A stretch of DNA of 32,000 nt. It comes from Promethearchaeota archaeon. Its GTDB lineage: Archaea > Asgardarchaeota > Hermodarchaeia > Hermodarchaeales > Hermodarchaeaceae. A program made the translations under genes and the position numbers. Below are positions 24,566 to 32,000 of this stretch, one piece after another (position 1 is the stretch's first letter; each line of letters begins with the position of its first letter). Where the stretch lies: the NCBI GenBank assembly GCA_048938295.1, contig JBHLMI010000001.1, positions 157,369 to 189,368 of the forward strand, in the 5' to 3' direction. A model generated the notes under the pieces. That model ran no database searches. It was not told where the DNA came from and was given only the letters and a program-made list of their open reading frames with translations.

Positions 24566-25681
24566 ATGGATGCACGGATCCAGTTTCTTCGGGCTGTGGT
24601 TATTACCTCTTTTGGGTGTCTATTGATTGGGTTTGGCTCGGTGTTTCCCATTTACCATGTTTCGACTGGGTTTCCACAATCTGATTGGGGTGGGTATAGA
24701 TACGCTTCAATTCGACCAATTAGGGGTGTGGTCTCCTACATAAGTCCAGAATTCCGTGTTACTTTTGAGGAATGGGCTATGTATGATGTGTGGGTGAGTG
24801 TCGGGGGATTTTACACCAATGGTACGCCAGTTATACTTCGGTTCTCATCCAGCGGGTCTCAAACGACGATTGGGTCTTTCTATAATGTTAGTTCTGAACC
24901 GGTTGAATACACGTTCTGGGTTGACGATCCTCCACCATATGTTCTCACTATTCTGTATCTGGAGAACATTACCAGCTTTTCAGGATGGATTCTCGTTCAA
25001 GGCATCCAGATTCCGCCTCCTATGCCTCCATCGATATATCCTTGGGTGGGCACATTTATTCCTGCCACGATTGGTTTGGTTCTGCTCGTTATAGGGTTGG
25101 ATGGTTTTTGGATTCAGAAGCGGGAGTCCCCGTCCCGATATTGGAATCAAGTGTTAGTGTTTTGCACGCTAGGCTTGCTGCTACTTAGTTTGAGTTTTCC
25201 TTCGGTGGTTCGCCCCCACTATTTTTTGTTTTATAAAGCGCCGGACTACAACAACTTTGGAGAATTCGCTGGGACAGTTACTCTGGCTGAACCCGTTGTG
25301 GCGTTTCCGTTCCATGGGCTTCAACCTTATGAAGTAGGGCTATATGGATTTCATGTAACGTTTTCATCGGTGACTATCCGTGCCTATACACCAGATGGAT
25401 TGGTGAATTATACATGGAATAATGTGGACTCCCAATACCCGAATTACCAGGACTTTGTATTAGACGCTTCTGGGGACACAGTTATTGAGGTGGTTCGTGA
25501 AACTGCAGACACGTCGTTTCGGTGTTGGTTGCAGACAAGTTATCGCCCAGTGGAAGTTCGGGAGACGCATGCTGGCGCTTATGCTCCATTTGCAACGTTG
25601 TTTCTCGTGACAGGTGTTATTCTCCTTTCTTTTGGCTTGGTTTTCATGATAAAGGGATTCAAGGATTTTCCTGAAAACTAG
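24566..25681 (+). CDS. Hypothetical membrane protein with two TM-[extracytoplasmic beta domain]-TM modules
   Basis: Four hydrophobic spans flank two ~120-130-aa beta-rich segments carrying N-x-S/T sequons. ATG 24566 is preferred. Confidence 0.75.
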   Translation: MDARIQFLRAVVITSFGCLLIGFGSVFPIYHVSTGFPQSDWGGYRYASIRPIRGVVSYISPEFRVTFEEWAMYDVWVSVGGFYTNGTPVILRFSSSGSQTTIGSFYNVSSEPVEYTFWVDDPPPYVLTILYLENITSFSGWILVQGIQIPPPMPPSIYPWVGTFIPATIGLVLLVIGLDGFWIQKRESPSRYWNQVLVFCTLGLLLLSLSFPSVVRPHYFLFYKAPDYNNFGEFAGTVTLAEPVVAFPFHGLQPYEVGLYGFHVTFSSVTIRAYTPDGLVNYTWNNVDSQYPNYQDFVLDASGDTVIEVVRETADTSFRCWLQTSYRPVEVRETHAGAYAPFATLFLVTGVILLSFGLVFMIKGFKDFPEN

Positions 25682-25767
25682 CTGATGTGAAGAAAATACT
25701 GCAATTGATATCGAAGATAATGACTTAAATCGATGTATCTAGTGACCGTCAGGTGTGGGATTTCAAG

Positions 25768-26325
25768 TTGAAAACGCTGATTGTGTATGGCACTCGATAT
25801 GGCGCAACGGCGGGTACGTCTGAAGAAATCGGTAAAGTCCTTCGTGAAGAAGGCTTTGCTGTCACTGTCATCGATGCAAAGAAAGAGAAGATCCAAGATA
25901 TCAAAGAATACGAATTGATTATCATAGGCAATGGTATGAAGTTCACGGGCTGGACGTCAGAAGCCAAAGGCTTTCTCCGCAAATTCGCCAGTGAACTAGC
26001 AAATAAGAAGCTAGCTGTCTTTGTTTCCTCGGCTGCTCAACTGCTCCATGAGCACAAAGGCGAACACGAGAAAATGGAGGAGGCGTGGACTAAGTATCTC
26101 GTCGAAGAAATCGCGAAGTATGAACTGAACCCGATTGCGATGGCGATTTTCGGAGGCTGGGTGAACCCGGAGAATATGGGGTGGCTGGATAAGAAAATGG
26201 CTAAATTCTTCATTGAGGAACTTGAAGCCGCGGGGATCAAAGGGGAAAACGGCATCTATGATACTCGCGATTGGGATTCCATACGCAAGTGGTCCAAAGA
26301 ACTTGCCCAAAAAGCTCGAGCATAA
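25768..26325 (+). CDS. Flavodoxin-domain protein (Flavodoxin_5/HemG-like)
   Basis: KTLIVYGTRYGAT FMN loop, KKLAVFVS and DTRDWDSIRKW; probable TTG start at 25768. Confidence 0.9.
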   Translation: MKTLIVYGTRYGATAGTSEEIGKVLREEGFAVTVIDAKKEKIQDIKEYELIIIGNGMKFTGWTSEAKGFLRKFASELANKKLAVFVSSAAQLLHEHKGEHEKMEEAWTKYLVEEIAKYELNPIAMAIFGGWVNPENMGWLDKKMAKFFIEELEAAGIKGENGIYDTRDWDSIRKWSKELAQKARA

Positions 26326-26362
26326 TGCTTAGTTTGATGAAATATCATCAAGGTCGACCAGA

Positions 26363-27250
26363 ATGACAATGCACATCCGTGTGTACCAACCATCAGATAA
26401 AGCAGCCATCCTAGAAATTTCTAGGCATACGTGGGGAGGCTATGATCAACTCCCCTACGAACTAGGCGAACTTCTAACAAATCCGAATTCCTACCTTTAT
26501 GTCATCGAATACAAGGATCGTATTATCGCCTTTGCAAACCTCAATATCATCGATGGGGGAAAGACTGGCTGGCTAGAGCATATGCGTGTTCATTTCCGGT
26601 ACCGCAAGCGGGGCTTCGCTTGGGCCATGACGCAGCACTTGTTGGCTCAAGCTGAGGCACTGAATCTTGATCGAGTACGATTGATCACTGGCATTGAAAA
26701 CGCGGCTACCCGGAAAATCGCAACCCGGATTGGAATGCACCAAGTTCTACAAGTGAAGCTCTTCACGAAGGAGAACTATCGTGGAATACGATGGAAAGAC
26801 AACTCTGTTCCCGTTACTGCATGCAGTCCAGCTGAAGCCTACGACTTCCTTAACGCTAATCCAGCACTTGTTACCAACGGAATTGTTTTCTACTATTGGC
26901 ATGCGTTCGATTTAACCAAAGAACTCTTCCCATCATTGAGTAACCAGTTTCGATTCTGGAAAACCGAAACCACGGACCAAGGAGGGGCTTTGGCCTTCGG
27001 CTATTGTCAGATTTTCCGCGATGCGCCCATGTGGGTGTCGATAATCTATGCATCGGATATGCCTTCTTTCTATTCAGCGCTCTCACATCAGCTTCAGGTA
27101 GCAAAGGAGGAACAGGCTGAGAGTGTGCTCTGTTTTCATTCTCCACAATTTCAAGCGGGCGGGGCAATTCCCGGCCTGAAACGCAACACGTTTACTTTGG
27201 CGCTAGTGTTGTTTGAGAAGCTTCGCCCCTTCTTGAGCCCACAAAAGTGA
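26363..27250 (+). CDS. GNAT-family N-acetyltransferase
   Basis: GWLEHMRVHFRYRKRGFA acetyl-CoA motif and ENAATRKIATRIG in the N-terminal domain. Confidence 0.88.
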   Translation: MTMHIRVYQPSDKAAILEISRHTWGGYDQLPYELGELLTNPNSYLYVIEYKDRIIAFANLNIIDGGKTGWLEHMRVHFRYRKRGFAWAMTQHLLAQAEALNLDRVRLITGIENAATRKIATRIGMHQVLQVKLFTKENYRGIRWKDNSVPVTACSPAEAYDFLNANPALVTNGIVFYYWHAFDLTKELFPSLSNQFRFWKTETTDQGGALAFGYCQIFRDAPMWVSIIYASDMPSFYSALSHQLQVAKEEQAESVLCFHSPQFQAGGAIPGLKRNTFTLALVLFEKLRPFLSPQK

Positions 27251-27326
27251 GTGTCCCTTCCCAATAACTAAAAAGGGCGTATTTAGTAGAACCCCATAGT
27301 TCCTCTTCATTGGAGATGTTATATGA

Positions 27327-27827
27327 ATGGCTGATGCACAAACTGCTTCAACATTGACTCTTGTTGCCGGAATCCTTCAAATCGTATTCAGCATGATCTT
27401 CATCGTCCTTGGCGTTATGGTATTCGGCTTCATGCTTTGGCCGTTTATGTACGACCCCTTCGTCATGATGTATACTCCCATGTGGGTAATGTTAATCCCG
27501 CTTCTCCTCTTCGGGGTCTTTGGAGTAATCGGGCTGATTTTTGGGGTGCTCTGGCTCAATTGGCGACACTTCGCAGTTCAGCATAAAACAGGGTTAATTG
27601 TTTCCGGAATTCTTGCCATGGTGTTCTCGATAGGCTTTATCCCTGGACTTCTCGCACTACTCGCTGGAGCACTTGCTCCAACAACCTCAGAGTATACGGG
27701 TTATATACCCGTGCAAAGGCAACCTGTGAGCCGTTCGACCGTGCGCGTGGTGACCCGGTGTCCCAGCTGTAATGCTGAAATCGTTGGCGATGATCGTTTT
27801 TGCTGGCGCTGCGGAACCAAATTATAG
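27327..27827 (+). CDS. Membrane protein with C-terminal zinc ribbon
   Basis: Three to four TM spans followed by CPSC-x9-FCWRCG. Confidence 0.85.
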   Translation: MADAQTASTLTLVAGILQIVFSMIFIVLGVMVFGFMLWPFMYDPFVMMYTPMWVMLIPLLLFGVFGVIGLIFGVLWLNWRHFAVQHKTGLIVSGILAMVFSIGFIPGLLALLAGALAPTTSEYTGYIPVQRQPVSRSTVRVVTRCPSCNAEIVGDDRFCWRCGTKL

Positions 27828-27860
27828 AGTACTTCTCTCAAAATTTGGCTACTCTAGTTC

Positions 27861-28343
27861 CTATTGAGGAATCTGAGCTAGACGTAATTCGACATAATAG
27901 TGGCTCAGGAATCCAGGGAAAATGGTTGGGGATAGATCAGGTGTAGCACTGATGTAATGGTTATGATATCTGTTCCATATCGTGTCATTTTCGACAAATT
28001 CTAAGACGACCGATTGCCCATCGATTGCCATGGCAATATTCTGCTCCGACATTTGGAATCCAACGATGCCATAACTCCATTTTTGCAATACATCATTACA
28101 CATGTAACCCGGTTCTGGTGTAACAATGAGTTGTCCCAAATCCGCTTTGAGGAATAACGTGACATTCCATTGCATAGCCATTTCAAAACCCCCATGGTGC
28201 TCCCCTGAATCATTAAAGTAGAGGGTGCCAGTTAGAATGAGGTTGGGCTGGTTCACATAAGATATCAAACCGATGGTGATAAGGCTCGTGGTAACAACTG
28301 CAACCAACACGATTGTGACAATGAATTTACTTTTCCTTTGCAT
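27861..28343 (-). CDS. Hypothetical exported/membrane-anchored protein
   Basis: MQRKSKF followed by a hydrophobic signal/anchor, then a beta-rich domain with NDS/NDT sequons. ATG 28343 is preferred to the ORF-track start. Confidence 0.7.
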   Translation of the reverse strand: MQRKSKFIVTIVLVAVVTTSLITIGLISYVNQPNLILTGTLYFNDSGEHHGGFEMAMQWNVTLFLKADLGQLIVTPEPGYMCNDVLQKWSYGIVGFQMSEQNIAMAIDGQSVVLEFVENDTIWNRYHNHYISATPDLSPTIFPGFLSHYYVELRLAQIPQ

Positions 28344-28654
28344 AGTTAACCACTTCGGTTGCAAAATCTGTATACTCCATATTAGCCAAGTATAACATAA
28401 TATCCTAAGGGTTTGAACATCCAACCGTTCACTGTTCAAAAAACAGAACACCTGTTTTTAGGTTGACTGGTTTTCTGGGTAATAGCTAGCCTGTTCATGG
28501 TCTTTCCACTGATGTTATTCCTCTCTAGTTCTATGGAACCAAAGGGAATGATCTAGAAACCATCGACTAAGAGAAATAACTGGAAACGAGTGAAGTCATA
28601 CCGGTTGGACGGCCTGTTCGCCGGCCCTTCTTTTCTTCCAGACTATCCTTTTGG

Positions 28655-29608
28655 TTAGGTTCGCTTATGTCGAAAGAATCCAGAGCAAGCATAAGGTTTG
28701 ACGCCTTTCTTCTCCAACTCGTCAAGAATCAGATTCATGCCAATCGAGTCAGAGCTGTCATGTCCAGCGATGACAACGTAGATCCCTTCCTTTTCGGTTT
28801 CTTTCTTCAGTTCATCCGTCCAATGCATCGTGATGATGGTGCTAACACCAGCCCTGGCTAGTTTGGGAATAGATTCGGGTCCTGGGCTTGTTCCGCCAGT
28901 GAAGAAGACGAACTTTTCACCGACACTCCCTTCAGGATTGCCCACAAAAATTTCAGGACCAGCTCCTACCTTTTCTGCTTCTTGGTATTCAGGAATTCCG
29001 AGTAGTGCGTCAACAAGATCTCCAAGTGTTAGGGGATCCTTGTCCATGAGATATTTAGCCAAGTATTGGTATCCAAGTGAATCGGCTGGGGTGTGTGAAC
29101 ACATAAAAGGCATGTCTAACAACCGGGCTGCATCAATGGTTTGTGTGTGGTTCCGGGCTTTAGTCGCCCAATGAACATCTTTGAGGCGCTTTGCCATAGC
29201 CGACTCTGCCTGAGCGATTGGAACACCAACTTTTGCCCAATGTTCAGGTTGCAATCGCATAACGAAATCGAGATGTGATGTACCAATGCCATGGGGGTGA
29301 TGCGCAAGAACCATGTCAATTGGGCTTCCTTTCTCACCTAATCGGTCCGCGAGAACAATTTCACCAGGGGTAATGTCAATACCCGCGAGGAGGCTTTTGA
29401 TTTCTCGGTCTGGCTCACCATAAAGTAACCGGCAATCCGTGTAAGGGTTCCAGGTGACATCCTTATCAGCAAGCTCTTTCTTTTTCCCTTCGAGTTTTTC
29501 GAGTTTCTTTTTCGAATCCTCAAGAACTTTTTTGATTTTCTTTTCGCCACGGGGATCAGCCTTAATCCCCATTTCGACTATCAGATGGTAGATATCTCCG
29601 AGCTTCAT
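28655..29608 (-). CDS. NIF3 (NGG1p-interacting factor)-like dinuclear metal protein
   Basis: MKL.DIY...IKADPRG, LAGIDI, LAHHPHG, HTPAD and IAGH.SSDSIGMN; ATG 29608. Confidence 0.82.
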   Translation of the reverse strand: MKLGDIYHLIVEMGIKADPRGEKKIKKVLEDSKKKLEKLEGKKKELADKDVTWNPYTDCRLLYGEPDREIKSLLAGIDITPGEIVLADRLGEKGSPIDMVLAHHPHGIGTSHLDFVMRLQPEHWAKVGVPIAQAESAMAKRLKDVHWATKARNHTQTIDAARLLDMPFMCSHTPADSLGYQYLAKYLMDKDPLTLGDLVDALLGIPEYQEAEKVGAGPEIFVGNPEGSVGEKFVFFTGGTSPGPESIPKLARAGVSTIITMHWTDELKKETEKEGIYVVIAGHDSSDSIGMNLILDELEKKGVKPYACSGFFRHKRT

Positions 29609-29685
29609 GGATAGGGCGTGGATGTTGGCTTGTTTGAATGTTTCGGATGCCAAAAAAAGTTGAATCTCAGAATACCTCAGTCGGA

Positions 29686-30279
29686 TTACTCTTTGAGTAT
29701 ACCTTTCTTCACAGCATCATCCAGGAGGTCTTGGGTATATTCCCAAAGAGAGGTGGATCCGTTGCCCATATGCTTCTTTTTGGCAATAACCTGGGATTTG
29801 ATGAGACTGTGTATCCGCCAAGAGCATCCCCCGTTGAGGTAGGCGAGTAACAGCGGTTGCATGGAGTCGATGGCTCGTGCATAATTGGCTTCCAGCGTTT
29901 TCAGGGCCTCATATTCTTCCCACAACGCCATGAATTCAGAACCCTGATCTGGAGGAAGCAACCCAAAAATCCGGCGGGCTGCTTTGCTCTCACGCTCTTT
30001 TTGGTCTTTGACACGCTCTTTGTCATAGATGAAAGTGTCACCAGCATCGATTTCCACGATATCATGGATGAGCAACATCTTCATGACCTTGAACACATCA
30101 ATGTGAGTCTGGTTTGCATATTCACTGAGTAAGAGTGCCATCACCATAATGTGCCAGGAATGCTCAGCATCGGTTTCTTTACGGCTGGCATCAACCAGCC
30201 ATGATTCGCGGACCACTTGTTTCAGTTTATCAATTTCAGCGATGAACTTCATCTGTTGGGAAAGGCGAACGGAATCCAT
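29686..30279 (-). CDS. HD-domain phosphohydrolase (HD_3, YfbR/HDDC2-like)
   Basis: EIDKLKQVVR, ETDAEHSWH, IHDIVEIDAGD and LWEEYE. Confidence 0.92.
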   Translation of the reverse strand: MDSVRLSQQMKFIAEIDKLKQVVRESWLVDASRKETDAEHSWHIMVMALLLSEYANQTHIDVFKVMKMLLIHDIVEIDAGDTFIYDKERVKDQKERESKAARRIFGLLPPDQGSEFMALWEEYEALKTLEANYARAIDSMQPLLLAYLNGGCSWRIHSLIKSQVIAKKKHMGNGSTSLWEYTQDLLDDAVKKGILKE

Positions 30280-30332
30280 ATGTGATAGTGACGGTAAGGA
30301 TGCATATTGCTCTACCGGACACTGACGAATAT

Positions 30333-31307
30333 TTACTTAAATTCGTCTTCTTCTTCGGGCTCTTTCGAAGTGGCTCTTCCTAACTCCTCTTTCGCTTCCC
30401 CAACTCCAAGGAATTCGGTAATATCAACATCTACCACACACATTGTTGAAAGTTGTTGTGTTCCTCTTGAATCCATGTAGGTCTTGAGACGTTTCATTAG
30501 GCTGGGAAGATAACGGTCATATGCCAAGAGCATAAGCAGTGGCATGTAGATGAAGATAAAGGGGTTCAGTAAGGTAATTAACACCACAAACCATGGTGGT
30601 ACCCAAGGCCATGGAGGAGTGACGATAGTGGTAGCATAGATTATTCCAATATCGATGATAATGTATCCATAGAAGATGAGGACCGAAATTCCTGCATAGC
30701 CTGCTAGTAGATAGGTTAGAACACGTCCTGCGCTGAAGAGTTCTTGGGAGCCACTAGGTGGTTGACTATGGAAGAGTATGTTGGTATCATCAATCAACCA
30801 TGAAGAGGGTAAAATGACTCCAAGGGCGATAAAAGCAATTGGGAAAATTACTGCGGCTGTGTTCCAAGTATTGACAGCTAAAGGAAGGCTGGGATTCCAT
30901 ATTATGAATAAGGGTCCGATATAGGTTGCTACGGTGAGAGATAAACCAAAAGTTAGTAGGAGTGCGAATATCGCTCTTCGAAATACATTATAGAGAGGTT
31001 TTGGCTTGGTAGTCGGTACCCCATAATAATACGTCTCACTTCCAGGATTAAGAATCCGGTTTAGGGGTAATACAAGCCATCGAGGGGTAACGACGGCCAT
31101 TAACAAGTAGAAAGGAATTGCTAGTACTGGAAGTAAATAAAAAAGAATTAACCAGTCAGTCACAGCACCCCCCGGAATGATAGGACTGATTTCAATCCAT
31201 CCAAAAAATATCACTGGTAGAACATAGTTTAGAATCGCCCAGATTACATCGAGAGAAACTACTAAGATCATTACAAGGATGACTATGTAGTAGGTCTTTC
31301 GGTTCAT
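30333..31307 (-). CDS. Hypothetical multi-pass membrane protein (about 6 TM, acidic tail)
   Basis: Six hydrophobic spans; ATG 31307 with GTGAGG upstream. Confidence 0.75.
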   Translation of the reverse strand: MNRKTYYIVILVMILVVSLDVIWAILNYVLPVIFFGWIEISPIIPGGAVTDWLILFYLLPVLAIPFYLLMAVVTPRWLVLPLNRILNPGSETYYYGVPTTKPKPLYNVFRRAIFALLLTFGLSLTVATYIGPLFIIWNPSLPLAVNTWNTAAVIFPIAFIALGVILPSSWLIDDTNILFHSQPPSGSQELFSAGRVLTYLLAGYAGISVLIFYGYIIIDIGIIYATTIVTPPWPWVPPWFVVLITLLNPFIFIYMPLLMLLAYDRYLPSLMKRLKTYMDSRGTQQLSTMCVVDVDITEFLGVGEAKEELGRATSKEPEEEDEFK

Positions 31308-31386
31308 TCTAAAGCGCCTCACATTTCCCGTTATCTAGCAAAGTGCCGGAGGCTACTAAAAGGTTCTTGAAGCCATCAGGATGGCA

Positions 31387-32000
31387 TTAGGTTTTTGTGG
31401 ATTCTTCCTTGAAGCGAATGCCACGAGTTTCCAATTCTCTGAGAATCGGTTCATAAAGTTCAGGAAGAATAGGGATGTGGACGCCTTTCAGTTTCACCTC
31501 ACCAGTAAGAATCAGATGTGAGGCAATGGCGGCAGGTAACGCAACGGTGCGGCTCATGGATGAATCTCCATTTGGAATGCCATAATCGATCAGCGTAGAT
31601 CGAATGTGTTCATGTGAATGATCTGTATGCTCAATAGTGAACTGGTGTTGCATTACAATCATATCCCGTTCTCCGGGAGCATACTGTAATTTCTCTTTAA
31701 AAAGTGAGACAAGGACATCGATGGGCGCGCCTTGATCTAGTGGAATATCTTGGTTGCTAAACAATCCCAACCATTCACAACGTTCAATCACCGCATCATC
31801 TTCTGATAGGCCTAGCCGTTCAGCGACTTTGGCTTTGAGATCTGAACCTGCAGGGAGTCCTAGATACTTGCGTAAGAAGCGTCCGTAGGTCATGTCGTAG
31901 AGGGTTTCTTCTTCGAGTTCAAAGAGACCCAGTTGCCCGATGTTGTACATGGTTTTACACCATCCGGGATACCGGAGAGTTCCACGGAGCATGGTCTGGA
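31387..32000 (-). CDS. Saccharopine dehydrogenase family protein, C-terminal part (5' end outside window)
   Basis: QTMLRGTLRYPGWC, ERDMIVMQHQF, SSMSRTVALPAAIA and GVHIP..PELYEPILREL. The frame is open to the window edge. Confidence 0.9.
   Translation of the reverse strand, partial: QTMLRGTLRYPGWCKTMYNIGQLGLFELEEETLYDMTYGRFLRKYLGLPAGSDLKAKVAERLGLSEDDAVIERCEWLGLFSNQDIPLDQGAPIDVLVSLFKEKLQYAPGERDMIVMQHQFTIEHTDHSHEHIRSTLIDYGIPNGDSSMSRTVALPAAIASHLILTGEVKLKGVHIPILPELYEPILRELETRGIRFKEESTKT

Noticed and set aside
4352-29653. Longest-ORF starts at 4352, 9817, 24527, 28451 and 29653
   Set aside because: The extensions overlap promoter-like DNA and lack family similarity; downstream starts better match the expected N-termini, most with SD-like motifs.
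1-32000. Genome-wide stop-codon recoding (Pyl/Sec)
   Set aside because: TAG, TGA and TAA all end full-length conserved genes here (e.g. psmA TAG, menA TGA), and no conserved protein has an internal stop.
1-32000. CRISPR array, tandem repeats, prophage or integrated element at tRNA-Arg
   Set aside because: No regularly spaced repeats, no integrase or phage genes, and no duplicated tRNA 3' end was seen.

Overview
Archaeal chromosomal window, judged from BRE/TATA promoters, a proteasome alpha subunit, class V FBP aldolase/phosphatase, an archaeal-type ArgRS and a four-subunit gamma-delta-alpha-beta 2-oxoacid:ferredoxin oxidoreductase. An anaerobic Asgard- or Bathyarchaeia-like lineage is a guess, not shown. 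It holds about 35 CDS, one intronless tRNA-Arg(UCG) head-to-head with argS, no rRNA, no CRISPR array and no intact mobile element. The metabolic theme is amino-acid/CoA-thioester fermentation: a 2-hydroxyacyl-CoA dehydratase with activator, POR/VOR, a probable ArcE-type arginine synthetase and a partial saccharopine dehydrogenase. The most unusual signals are: (1) a very strong flip of synonymous strand skew inside porB (85% A/C-ending codons in the first 100, 81% G/T-ending in the last 100, hand-counted), with other kilobase-scale flips elsewhere; (2) a MenA-like prenyltransferase coupled to a radical SAM/SPASM enzyme; (3) a NYN protein whose catalytic aspartates are replaced by His/Arg; (4) an unannotated 27-codon amphipathic ORF with a sequestered Shine-Dalgarno, upstream of psmA; (5) a probable IS200/IS605-type scar next to a 5'-truncated paralog of a nearby membrane protein. 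All family calls come from motif recognition and were not confirmed by database search.
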